A DNA stretch of 64,000 nt. Origin: Parasitella parasitica NRRL 2501 (Eukaryota; Fungi; Mucoromycota). The DNA is taken from NCBI GenBank assembly GCA_025201805.1, contig MU619243.1, positions 141,236 to 205,235 of the forward strand, written 5' to 3'. A program made the translations under genes and the position numbers. The notes under the pieces are model-generated. The model saw only the letters and a list, made by a program, of their open reading frames with translations, had not been told where the DNA came from and did not search any database. This document shows, in pieces, positions 41,988-54,510 of the stretch (its first letter is position 1; every line of letters starts with the position of its first letter).

Positions 41988-42652
41988 TTTTTTTTCTTGG
42001 CAATAATTGTATAAAAAAGAAACAACAGGTCTTTACATAAAGTTGAAGCTGTTTATCCATCAACTCCGAGAGTGGTACACCACCATTAACAAGACGTCAT
42101 CTGGGTCATGCTCAAGAACTTTTTTCATGGAATGAGTTTTCAGAGTCTGTTTACGGGTACGCATTGCAGCCCTTTGGCTACTTTAATTTAGTCCTTGGCG
42201 AGCCAAAAGGCATACAAAAGACATTTGGCAATTCTAAAGGTTAGAATCCGCAATGAAGGCTATAAGGAAACAATGGCGAGGACAGCTACTTGGTTCAAAT
42301 TCGACAATTCATTTAGATTAATTGATGAGGATGTGTTCACCTATGAACTCTGTTTTACTGCGTCCTTATTCTCTTCAAACTTGACACTTTTTATTTAGAT
42401 CAATGTAGTCTTTGGAGCCGTGTACATACTGGTCATACCTCAAGATTGCATGCATTGCAAATGCTGCTTGGTATCAAAACATTCAATAGAGTTGGATGTG
42501 CACACCTATCCATACTACTTGTTGCTCTTGTTTCACCAAAGCACATTAATTTCCAGTTGAAAGAGCGAATCTTGGCAACCATAATACAGTATTGCTTAAA
42601 AACCAAGGATTATACTTTATTTTATTATTACTGGACATGATGAATTAAGTTT

Positions 42653-43936
42653 TTATTTCTTTTCATCTTTTTTGTTCTTATCCATGTCTTCCAAAGCCTT
42701 TTGGATTCGCTCATCGTTTTTATCAACTCCAGGTAAAGATCCCAAAACTGTCGACAATATTTCATCATCTTCATTTTTCTCTCGTCCTTCGTTCATAGAC
42801 ATTTGCAGTGCTCTTTGAAGTGCATCGTCTTCATTTAAATCTTCCATAGCCTCGTCCTCGTCCTGAAGTGGAGCAGCGCCAGCATCATTCATTGACATTG
42901 CTAAAGCGGCTTGAAGCTCGGCATCTTCATCAGTTTGATCTGGTTGTGTGTCTATTGCCATAGCAGAAGAAGATTCTGCTCCCTCTTGCTTTGTATTTGT
43001 TCCATTTTTTGCTGCCTCTGCTTCCTGGCGTGCTTTTTCTTCCTCGAGCGAAATACGCAAGGCCTAAGGCAAAAAAAAAAACAAAAAAAACTCTAGATTA
43101 GCCATTCATTCACGTCTCAAATGTATTGCGGTTCTATTACCAAAGCAAGCTCGGGATCAAGGCTAGGGTCAATGCCAAACTCGAAGTCGCCACCGCTGCT
43201 AGCACCATAGTTACCAGCTCCACCATCCTCACCAGCGATAATAGAAGTAGAAATAAGCATATCACTCAAAAGATGAGGTCCAGGAGGAATGGTGACAAGA
43301 TGACTGTTGTCGCTGTTGTTTACATTGCTGATAAAAGCTTCCAATCGAGAGGTATTCTCAGCTTCTTGGCCAAAATTGATAATATCCACCGCAACGTTGT
43401 TTTTTTTGAGTTTCTTGGCAAGTTTGACGAGTGCCTTTTCGTCGCTCTCAAGAGGACTACCTACAAATACAATAATTCTCTGACGTTGATTTCTGTTTTG
43501 TCTATGTTTGAGAGCAAGCTACAAGACACAATTTCAATTGAGCTTTTTTCAATCTATAATTCCAGCTGATTGCTATATACTTACAGATGCAATTTGTATG
43601 CTGGTCAAAAAGTTGGGTTGACCACCTGCTTTAACGGCGTGCAAGGCAGTGAGGATTTTACCGACGTCCGTAGACAATGTAACAAGTACCTCAGGGCCTT
43701 TGCCAGCTGCAGTCATAAGTCCAACAGTATTTTCGGGATTCGACTGTGTCTTTGATGAGAAGATGAGGTTGACGGCTTCATTCTGTGCAACTAGTCTAGT
43801 AGGAGAGTAGTCGCCGTTACGCATCCATTCGGAATTGTCGACACTGTTGTGATAAATATCAACAATTAGTTATGATTTAATTTTCTCTACTATCTATAAA
43901 AAATATTTACACAATCATTGAGGCTTCCATAACCAT
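42653..43936 (-). CDS. RPN10: 26S proteasome ubiquitin receptor Rpn10; 4 exons
   Basis: [72 protein letters not shown] (UIM1), plus two more UIM-like segments ([16 protein letters not shown]). Confidence 0.96.
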
Positions 43937-44299
43937 TTTGAAGAAGAAGAAAAAAACTTGTAATTAAATGTGAATAGTAAAAAAAGAAAAGGAAGGTGAG
44001 GCATACAATTTAACGCGTATGCTTTTTGATTCTTTCCAAGTTACGCATCCTCTTCATGCGTCATCATTCATTACTGAGCTCAAATGCTTCCATTCAAAGC
44101 TATTGCACTGTTACAATATCTGATATAAAAAGGCATCATGCTATACGCATTTTGGCATTGCATATGCTTATACTTCGTTCTTCACTTAGCCTCTATACCT
44201 TTTAGTTTTTTTTAGAATTATAAGATCGTTTTTATATATATAATCCATCATGCCTAAAAACCTTCAACGCAACATAATGTATACAACTGTAAAAACTTG

Positions 44300-44750
44300 A
44301 GAAGAAGAGGGAAATATTTTGACATTAGAGCAACTTGAGCAGAGACTTATTGATGATTTCCCAAAAAATGCAATTGTAATTTCTATAACCCAAAAACATA
44401 CAACTCAAAAGCTGTGTTTAACCCTTAAAAGAACAACCCTTTGGAAGAAAACAACAACTGAAGAATAGTAAAAGAGCGAAAGGGATTACTGTATTGGCCT
44501 TTCACACAAGGGTGTTAATTACTTGACAAACTGTATTTTTGTTGATGAAAGTGGATTTGATGCTTATATGGTACTCGGAAATGCAAGGTCAGCCAAAGAA
44601 AAGAAAGTCCATGAAATCACAAAAACATGAAAAGAAGCAAGAATATTTCAGCAAAAAGGATTGAATCTTTACAAGCTGTTGTGATGGTTCTACATATAGG
44701 TTTATCTTTGCTGAATTCATCAAGCAGCTGCTGGAATGAGTTGATATGGA
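44300..44750 (+). mobile_element. Decayed IS630-Tc1 transposase fragment
   Basis: LCLTLKRT...NYLTNCIFVDESGFDAYM...ARSAK (first catalytic Asp region), with frameshifts. Confidence 0.75.
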
Positions 44751-44753
44751 ATA

Positions 44754-45991
44754 CCCACTGATTTATCAGAAAAAGTTAATAGAAATTAATCAGGTAAAGA
44801 TCCGTTTATAATATTCCAAATAGAGAGTTTATATACTTTCTATGAACTAAGGGAAGCGATGTGAGGATAAAGGTTTTAGTGATGAAATCCGGGAGATGGG
44901 GTAGATTGCATCTATCCCAACAAATTTCATGTCATATTATATTATGATCTAATGTTTTATTCTCCAGAATGAGTTTATATTATATCGAATAAAATAATTT
45001 TCTTCATCAAAGTTTTTATTCTTAAATACTAAAAGTTTGATAAATTATTTTTGTTGGGTTTGACTAGACACATTTTGTGGGTTTGAATAGATTATTTCTG
45101 TCAAATTCATTTTCATGATTTGTAAGGTGCCCCCAAATATTTTGTGAGTTTGATTTGAAAATACGATACCATAAACATTTTCTAACTCTGTTTATTTCAA
45201 GTCCTATTTCAATGATAGAAAAGCAATGGTGTTTGGGATGACTATTATGTTAGTGAATACTAACAAAAGCCGTTTTGAAGGCAAAAGTATTTCAAACATT
45301 TCTACCGTACTTCCTTACAGTTTTGAAACTTGAAGCATTGAAGCCCACATATTTTAAGCGCCGTCTTAATATTAAAAAGTCGTATATTTAAACCTCCGCT
45401 TGACTTTCCCTTCAAATGATCTTCATTTCATCGAGATTAATTACGCAAAACCAAGACTCATACGATATATACAATATAGTTATATTATTCATTTCAACGT
45501 ACCCCAAGATTTTCACATAATGAAACAAAACCGACCAATTATAGTTTTGATTTGAAAACAAGATGGTGTTTCATGTTACTTGCGAAAAACTATCTTTACA
45601 CATAACAAATGGAAAAAGATAGTGGCAGCTTTTGTGGATTCAAAAACCTATTTTGCAGCTTTGGATATCTTTTAGACGGTATCTTCTGGGCGATATTATC
45701 ATATTCAAAGAAAAATCACTACGACATCATTGCTTATTGCTGATTACTTTAGATAGAAGATTCACACTTATACGAAAATGTACAGACAAGATCATAATAT
45801 TATATGACGTGGCATCTGGGATATATACTACAATTTACCTTATCTCCCGGATTTCATCACTAAACTTTTATCCTCAATCCTCGCATCGCTTCCTTCAGTT
45901 CATAGAAAATATATAAACCCTCTATTTTGATTATAATAAACGGATCTTTACCTGATTAATTTCTATTAACTTTTCCTGCTAAATCAGTATG
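44754..45991. mobile_element. Non-autonomous DNA transposon (MITE-like), 1238 bp, ~190-bp imperfect TIRs, TA at both flanks
   Basis: The left end ACTGATTTATCAGAAAAAGTTAATAGAAATTAATCAGGTAAAGATCCGTTTAT...GATGAAATCCGGGAGAT...TATTATGATCT matches the reverse complement of ~45790-45988. TA occurs at 44752-53 and 45992-93. Confidence 0.85.
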
Positions 45992-46406
45992 TAGTGTTAT
46001 TTAGATGTCGATTACAAAAATGTTTATGCTTTGAAATGAGCTCTTGTTTGCTCAGTTGAACTTATTGTTAACCAGAGCTTTTCTTGAAGCACGATTCTTG
46101 TTGCTACAGCTTCTGAATTTTCATTAGCTTCCTGAAGGACAGTAACACAAAGCACAAAGATAATATTATTTTAATCATATATTACTTGTGTGTCGATTGA
46201 ATATTATGTTTGAAGACATACAATCAATAGATTTCTAGACATAATGTATATCTGAGACGATGTCACATCAGTATTTTAATGGATGCAGTCTTGTGTGCCT
46301 TAAATTCGCGTGTGAACCATTGTGTTTTTTTAAATAAATTGGACGTACGTGTGCAACAAACACAATACGCAAGACTTTTTAGTTTTAATATTATACAATT
46401 TTACGA

Positions 46407-47261
46407 ATGGCTTCACTAACACCAATTGTGCAAGAATTTTGGCGCAATCTATGTCTCAATGCTTTCAATGACAATACACTTGCAAATGACTTTATTCTGT
46501 TCTTTGACGGCTGCAAAACACCATCCACTGTTGGCCAATTGATATGGAAAACGACCAATCCAGACTATCAATACAATCTTCAACAATTGGGCTGCAATCA
46601 ATTAGAAGACGATACATTCACCTTGCCGTACGAAACAATGAACGTTTTTATGAGCGAAAAGAGACAAGCACGTTCAGAGTGGCATGTTAAACGCCAAGTA
46701 GAGTTGAAACAGCATCTGCAGAAAACGTTGAAAAATGTCAGCACACCTTTATGTTTAGATGATAAACAAAAAATAGCACTTCTCAAAGAATTTACCAGCA
46801 TTCATAAAACTGATTTGGGATCAGTGCCGTTTCTAACTAGATTAGCAGGGTTTTTTCGGTATCAAATACAGCACAAAAATAATGTGGTTGAGTGGAAAAT
46901 GAGCGAATACATACTCACACAAAATGATGAAGAAGCCATGGAGTCGTATGTCAGGCTGCTTGGAAGCATTCTAGAAATGCAATTGGTATATCGGGATGAA
47001 GCTGGCGACAATGACACGGTGGCAATTAGCATAGATGGTGATAGCAACAGAGTAAAAGACCCCGAGTTGATTTGGAGGATGAGCCCTGACATAGACATCC
47101 ACTTGATGCAAGAAATTCTGGAGTATCTGCCAAAACAAGCACAGAAATTTGACGATTATTTTGTTACAGATATACCCAGAAAACAATCTCAAGAGCATCA
47201 AAGCATATTTCAATGGTTACTTGATATTTTGAGCCGTTGTCTCTCATTTTTACACAAATAA
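46407..47261 (+). CDS. Uncharacterised 284-aa globular protein, intronless
   Basis: ATG-initiated 284-aa ORF with normal amino-acid composition and an amphipathic C-terminal helix. No family recognised. Confidence 0.75.
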   Translation: MASLTPIVQEFWRNLCLNAFNDNTLANDFILFFDGCKTPSTVGQLIWKTTNPDYQYNLQQLGCNQLEDDTFTLPYETMNVFMSEKRQARSEWHVKRQVELKQHLQKTLKNVSTPLCLDDKQKIALLKEFTSIHKTDLGSVPFLTRLAGFFRYQIQHKNNVVEWKMSEYILTQNDEEAMESYVRLLGSILEMQLVYRDEAGDNDTVAISIDGDSNRVKDPELIWRMSPDIDIHLMQEILEYLPKQAQKFDDYFVTDIPRKQSQEHQSIFQWLLDILSRCLSFLHK

Positions 47262-47347
47262 AACGTACCGTAAAATACGTATAAATCAAAATTTTATTTT
47301 CTCATTTTTTCATGTCCAAGAAAAAACACTTTTTGAAAAAGCAAAAT

Positions 47348-48356
47348 TTAGTTACCGAGAGCGGCAATGGAAGCGTTGACATCCTTGATAGCATCAGCCT
47401 TGGACTCGACAGCCTTCTTTTGGACGGCAGCAATAGACTTCTTACGTTGATAGTAAGCAGCAGACTTGGCCTTACGCTTCTCTTCGAGCTTGGCAACAAC
47501 GTCTTGGTACTTCCAACCGACTTCGTGGGAGATACGACCGATGGTGGTGTACTTGCGTCCGGGCTTAAGACGGAGGACACGGAGAGCAGCAGGAATAACC
47601 ATACGCTTCATGCGGTCATAAGGAGCAGGGACACCTTCGAAGAGCTTGATACGGTCCAAAGCAGCGGCACCACGAGCAGTCTTGTGGGGGATCATACCAC
47701 GGATGGCCTTGTACAAGATACGAGAAGGAGCACGGAAATGGAAAGGACCACGAGTGGGGTTGACGAGACAGCGCTTGTTGAGGTAAGCATGGTACTTCAC
47801 TATGATTGAACCAAAATTGTTAGCACGATATATGTTATAAATTACAACACCTGAAAAAAAACATGAAATACGCAAAACACAAAAACACGGAAAAGCTACA
47901 AACATTCTTCCAATCCCCATCTTAAATGTATGATATCGTCGTTCTATATTGCAAAATATCTCGAGCTCCAAGGTAAATAATAAAAGAAAATCCCGCGTCC
48001 ATCTGATATTTATCCACTCTATAAATGTGCGTGTATTTGTATATGTGTGGTGTACGTGCGTATATGTGTCTGTGCCCGTGTGTATATCCGTGTGGTGTTG
48101 CGTATTTTCATCTTTATTCAGATACATAAATATAAACTATACATACACTTGTTACGGAAGAATTCACCAGAGACGTTCAAGGCTTCACATCTGACGACAA
48201 CAACCTTTTGACCATTAAGGGCTTGCTTAGCGATGATGGAAGCAAGACGACCAAGCAAATGACCCTTAGAATCAATGACCAATGTCTAAGATTCGACGTT
48301 AATATTTACTGTGCATGACATACTGCCTTTTTCTATACCTTTTCGAAGGTACTCAT
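47348..48356 (-). CDS. RPL16: 60S ribosomal protein L16 / uL13; 3 exons, second intron 47800-48146
   Basis: MSTFEK|[16 protein letters not shown]...[18 protein letters not shown]|KYHAYL...[15 protein letters not shown]...[10 protein letters not shown], with strong codon bias. Confidence 0.97.
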
Positions 48357-50136
48357 AGTTGAAGTTGTATGAAATAAAGAGAAGGAGCAAAAATTTTACA
48401 AAACGATGTTTGTTTTTGATTATTTGGCCAAGCCACTCTAGTAAAAAATTATATTCTGATTAGTATAGTCACTTTATCTGTCCGATAACGACATTTGACA
48501 GATCGAAACATGCAGATGCTTGAAGAGAAAGTAAAGAAGTATTCCAAGATTTAAGAATGGCTAATTCCAGTTGAAAATTCTGTTGAAGGCTAGAATTGAG
48601 TCTCTTGAGATCCATCTCTCAAGGTTTAATTTTCATCTACTTCATCACTCTGTTGTTGTTTATCAGCTTGTGAATAAGACTTTGGATGTATAAAACTCAT
48701 ATATTTGTGTTTCTTCTAATTGTGTGCATTTTCATTAAATACATGTATTAAGAGCATAGATTAAGCGCCTATTAGTCATAATATTTAGCAATGAGATGTA
48801 AATAGTTAGATCTATATCTACTGCTACTTTTTTTCTGCTTATAAAAAATTGCAATAATTGACCAAATCAAATACGTAAAAAGAAATTATTCAATAAGATA
48901 AGTAAAGCTAATACGAGCTCAAGTAATTTTTCACTGTAAAATTAGTGAAAACTCAATCTGGAATACCAATAAGGCTATGGTTAATGAAAAGGCATCTATC
49001 TTCAAGCTCAAAAATTGGTGAAAATCCGCTGTGGTCTTTTCGATTCAAAATCGAGGATTGGGCATTTGATTAATCGTTTTTGCATTTATTCAACAAATAC
49101 TATACAAATTAACAATATACAATTAATATTATTGATAGAGTAATTAATTGCACATCGAGTTGTGCTACTTTTGTTATATCTTTCTACTAAAAGTTCTTCG
49201 AAAATATCAAAAATCTAAAAACAAGAAAATACACCGAAACTTCAAAATTAACAATATCAAACACTGTAATAAACAATTTGACTATGAACGTTATGCGAAA
49301 AAGCCGATCTAGCAATTTTGATCGATTTAGGCGAGGGTTTATAAGGATTATTCACCACAACAATTATAGCACTCATGCTACAGAAAGAAATTAGGAAATG
49401 TAAGAGATAGTTCTGCCTAGTTGTACTCTCTGAAAACTTGCAAATTATATTGTAACATGCTTCAAATGTGTGCTTCAATAATGTTATTGCAATAAACCGC
49501 AATCTATTGTAAATATTGTATTTTGCATGTTGTGTACAATATGGATCTCAGATTAGTTATGCCAATATGTAAATTTTGTGTGGTCGATTTCGCTAGACTA
49601 AAAAGTGTATACTGAATCGTCCTGATTCTGTATTGTACAAGTATATATTCGTCATTGTGCTGAGAAACTAGCGATTTGGTATAGGAGTGTACGTTCATGC
49701 ATTCATTTTCATTTGTGATTTATACATGTAGGGACTTATTTCTATATGGACTCCTGGCCATGGCGAATAAATCTGTAAAATGCAATGTGCCGCTGTTATA
49801 CAGATATCATTTTAAGATATCATATACAATATACACTTCGCCGTGATTACAAAATGAATTCATCTGCAGAGTGACTGATTTAATCTTTATTTATTTTTAT
49901 AGATCAAATGTGAATGCAATGATTTTTTTTTCTCTTTTGAATGAAAAGGGTTTGTATGGTAGTAGACGAAGTTAAGGAGCGACCGAGGAGCACATATTGT
50001 TTAATAGTTTACTTGAGCAAAGAGCGTAAGGGGTGGAAGTTTGGCAGGACTGGGGGAGATTTACTAGATGTGTTGATGCAATAGGAAAAATACACAACTA
50101 TTGCGAAGTATAATAAATTGCATGGAAATGTATGAT

Positions 50137-52161
50137 TTAGGATCTTCTAATTTTTTGCTTTACTCTACTGAGTTGCGAATCGACATGATCCAGCAGTTGC
50201 TCTAACTCTTCCTTGCGTTTGCGAGCCTGAAGTCCACCACCGGTTAATGGAATTTTGGAATATTCAGATTGAAGCTATATGTAAAATTGCCAAGTATCAG
50301 CGCCTTCTCCTTTTATATACATAAATATCCCCTTTGACTCTTCTTACCTCTTCTTTTTCTTTGGTAAGTTTCATTAATTGGTCATCAAGGTCAAAATCAT
50401 CGATATAATCAATCGATCCCTTTGGGGTGCGATATCGATCTGAAGAATCAGTTCTGGCCATGGATTGTGGAGTGCTACCATATATGCTTTGGTTGTCATA
50501 CAGAGGCTGTTCCCCTTGGTGCGAATCAGGCTGGATACGCGGGGACCCATTGGGAGTATGCAATGACCAAGTATGACTATAAGTTGTATAACATAAATAT
50601 TAGACATGAATAAATAAATGACTTTTTCTTTTATATGTACATTACTTTTGGCTATCTTTGTCTTTTTGTTGTTGCTTTTGCCGTTGACGTTGCAGCTGTT
50701 GTTGTTCCTGCTGTTGTTGTTGCTGCTGCTGTTCGAGTTGGAGTTGTTGTAGCTGTGCTGTTGTGCGACCCAGTTCAGCAGTGTGAGCCTTGACAAGTTG
50801 ATCTATAGTCTCCTTCAATGTTTCCGATTGTTCTTGTGATTTGGCTAATTTAAACTAGTGGATGGATGTTGTTTAGTGTCTTTTTTGGTTTGCAAATAGC
50901 AAATAACGAGCTCTTACCTCTAACTCTCGAATTGTATTGTCTTTTTCATCCATTTCTGACATGAGGGTTTGTTTTTCTTGTTCAGATTGAGCTTGATATG
51001 CCTATTTCACGGGCAAAAACAAAAAAAATTGAGCATACAAAAAAAATCAAAAAACATCTTGCGCTAATAGCTTACTTCAAATTCTAATTTTGCTTGATGA
51101 ACTGCAAGCGATTGATCTCTTGCATTGTCCGCAGTAGACTTCATTTTATCCATAAGCATGTTTAAATCATCCAAATGGTGTTGACTTTTTATCTGATGAC
51201 AAATAAACATGAGTTATGCATTTAATATATGTATTACAGTTATGATGGTTACCTTTTCATCTTCCAGCTGCTGCAGTAAGTCAGTCTTCTCAGTGAGCAA
51301 TTCATCCACGGTCATTTCAAAGTAATCCAAATCCTTTGCTACGGCTTCTTTTTGCTTTTGTAATGCTGAAACTGTTGCTTTTTCTTGCTCCAACTCTTGC
51401 TTTAATTTTGAATTGATGTTCAATAGTTCATTTGAGCTTGTATTGTCCAAAATAACAAATGATGAGATGCTCTTATTTGTTGCTTGTTCTTCCAGATTAT
51501 TGTCATCTGATTCTTGGTATTGTTTAGGTGTAACATTCGGCTGTTCGGTCGAATTCATAGTTGTTATTATGTCCTTTTGCTCGAATTCTTTTGTGGGATC
51601 TATTTCATTGTAAACTCGCTTAATTAATCAGGCTAGTAGAATGTATTTTAACCCACAATACCATCAAAGGATTCATTTATGTGCTGCCTGTTCTCCAGAT
51701 CGGTAGTCGGAGTGGGAATGTATTGGTGAGAAGAGGAGATGTCAATAGCTTTCAGATCTGTTTGTGCAGCAGATGTTGGTATCTTTTTCGCCTTTTGCAA
51801 TAGCATTGTCTTTTTATTGTCTACTTGGTGCTTCATCGAAGACGATGGTTTAGGAGTAGTTGGTGGTGATTGCTGGTTCGGAGGTAGTGATGAGAAGATG
51901 GTGCTATTTAGGACGTTAGTTCAAGTGTGCACAATGTGTGTAGGCTCGCTTACCTTGCTCTTTTGCTCTTGATTGAAATAGCATCATCTGAATAGTTATC
52001 CTCTTAGTATGTTGCATGTAAAAACTTATGTTTTATACAGTGTGCGATTTACCTTGGTTTTTCTGGTACTCTGACTTCAAAGAGGTCACTGAGCTCTTGT
52101 TTTTTCCCAAACCTAATTTCTTCCAAAATGAGGATTTTTCTTTATGTTGAATCTTGGACAT
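50137..52161 (-). CDS. Uncharacterised multi-exon coiled-coil protein with a Q-rich segment
   Basis: Starts MSKIQHKEKSSFWKKLG and has a heptad-rich central region. It ends LQSEYSKIPLTGGGLQARKRKEELEQLLDHVDSQLSRVKQKIRRS. GT-AG introns link the ORF fragments, but not every junction was checked. Confidence 0.7.
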
Positions 52162-52460
52162 TCTCAATGTGGTAACAAAAAAAAAGAGAGAAAAAACAAA
52201 AAGAAATAAAAAGGAAAGAAAGAGATAATAGGAGAGTCAATAAGAAAAATCAAAAGGGGATATTTATATGATATAAAGAAGAAGGAAAAAGGGACAATAA
52301 GGATGTTGGGCACTAAGAACTGATTGAAAAGAGTTGGGTTCCAATTAGTCAAGCTAAATTGCGCCAAGCTTCTTTTGAAGTAAAGATGGAGCACCCAACA
52401 CTATTTTTACGACGTTTTAAAAATGTGCTCTTTTTCTTCTTTCTTTCCTCATTATAATAA

Positions 52461-54262
52461 ATGTCCAAAAGAACCCCAAAAGATTTAAAAGGTACGCTAT
52501 GAACGAGATGAATGCTGATGTCAATGTTTGTTAAAACTTTAGGCGATGTGTATACTTGATTAGGTGATGTTGATCGTGCAGTACAAATCCTTCAATTGTT
52601 CACAGGTAAACATGTCGCAATAATTCTCCTTGTAGTGTGTAAACATAAGTTCCTAATTTTAGTCTTTAGACCCCAGTAGAGGTCGAGATGTGAAAATGCT
52701 GATTCCTCCAAGCGTTCTCCGAGATGCTCATGGGATTGTTTTCATAAGATTATACAAAATCGGTTTCATGTTGTCTGCAAAAAGTGGAACAGGGATCATC
52801 ATTGCAAGGCAAGTACCATTCGAGCAGTTTTTTTTCTTCTTGCAAGAGCTTACAGTCTTTTCTTATTTTTAGACTTCCTGATGGCAGTAAAGTATCATTA
52901 TGCATGAATATGCAATTTTTTTTTTAAACACATTTTTATTCAAATAGGCTGGTCGGCTCCATCTGGTGTTTCCATGTCCTCAATAGTAAGTTTTTTTTTG
53001 TGCACAACAAAAGCTTGGCAAAAAAATAAAAGCTAAATCAAACCTTATAGGGTTTTGGTCATCAAGCAGGAGGAGAAGTGATCGATTCTATAATCGTGAT
53101 GAACTACAGAGCTGCTATAAAAGCATTTTTCGATAAAGGGGGACAACTACAACTGGGCGTTGGTGTTTCATTAGCTGCTGGCCCGTACGGAAGAGCTGCA
53201 GATGTATCAGCTTCAGCTTCTGGCACTAGCCATATTGCTGCTACTTATGCCTATAGCTCTTCTAAAGGTCTGTACATGGGATATTCGTTTGAAGGTTCCA
53301 AGATCTCAGAGAGAATCAACACAAATCAAGCCTATTATGGTCGACCCATTGCTGCCCGCGAAATTCTGACAGGTATTGTTCCACCAACCCAAGATGCTGC
53401 AATATTATATAACATGCTGTCTGCAATGGGTGCTGGACCACGACCTGGATTACCATTTGCACCTAAAAATGCGAAAGTTCAGCCATCGTCCCCTACAGCT
53501 GCCCCCTCCTCTAATTTGCAACCATTGCAACAGCAACACCCGCCGTCTCAAACGCCGCATAACCCACAACAACCCCACAACAGCCAAGAGTATGAAGATC
53601 CTCCTCCTCCTTATCAACCGTATGATATATCCAAACCTCTCCCACCGTCATCAGCATCAATAGCAAACAGCGGCGACACCACAAACTCTCCTTACACACC
53701 TCTTCCTCTTCAGCACAAAAACAGCGCTACTGCTCCACCTCCCATCAACAACAGTAAAAGACCTATCCTTAATAACGATGCGAAATCTAGTTACCACCAC
53801 GGTGATCAAAGCCAATTTAGTAGACAAAACATCAGTCAAGCGGCAGTGGATATCCATAACACAGGCAATGCGCAAGGCTTTAACCCTGCGAGTGCTAGTG
53901 CTGAGAGGAAATTTTCTGCTGCGGGACCTAGTAATAGCGACAATGACTATTTTGCGGGGCCTTCCTCGTCACCCATGAATGTACCCAACACTACCACAAC
54001 ACCAATGGGATCATCTGGACCACCCCAAACTTCCACAGATGTTAAAATCCCCATCATGGAGGAAGCAAGAAGCAACAGTTTGACTGTAGTTGTGGCCAAG
54101 TATGACTATACGGGCGATCAGCCAACTGATTTATCCTTCCAAGCAGGCGATCACATCATTGTTACAAAGAGATTAGATGATAGACAAAGCTGGTGGGAAG
54201 GCGAAATTGGAGACAGAAGAGGCTTTTTTCCAGCAAATTATACAGATGAATTAATGGAATAA
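52461..54262 (+). CDS. Ysc84/Lsb3/SH3YL1-like protein (SYLF/YAB domain, Pro-rich linker, SH3)
   Basis: IPPSVLRDAHGIVF...GTGIIIARLPDGSWSAPS, SLAAGPYGR, YAYSSSKGLYMG.SFEG, N.AYYG, and a C-terminal SH3 (AKYDY...DLSFQAGD...WWEG...GFFPANY). Confidence 0.92.
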
Positions 54263-54510
54263 GAGTTTATTTTTTATAAAAAATGTAATAATATAATAAG
54301 ATACTTGTTGGATGTTGTGTGTGTAAGGCAGTTACAAAAAAAGAAAAGAGTTTGCTGATAGAAGTAGATGGTGATTTTGCGTATATAAAATGTATGTTTT
54401 TTCCAGCAGAGAGAGAAGAGAGTGCAGGATTGGAAAATAAAGTGTATTTGCAAGAAAAAGAGGATATACTTGATATTATGTTCAAAGGAGCTGAAGAGAA
54501 AGGCAGAGTT

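Noticed and set aside
42100-42640. Short ORFs between VPS35 and RPN10
   Set aside because: No coherent splice model or recognisable motif.
25906-43936. Possible proteostasis gene cluster (RPT1, VPS35, RPN10)
   Set aside because: The genes are separated by unrelated genes and TE debris, so co-location is plausibly chance.
47312-47809. 165-aa antisense ORF over RPL16, and the 259-aa ORF reading through intron 2
   Set aside because: The antisense frame is open because of strong codon bias. The true N-terminus comes from upstream exons starting at 48356.
24205-49058. Shared 14-mer TCAAAATCGAGGAT (inverted) at ~24205 and ~49045
   Set aside because: Flanking similarity is too weak to call a repeat family without an alignment.
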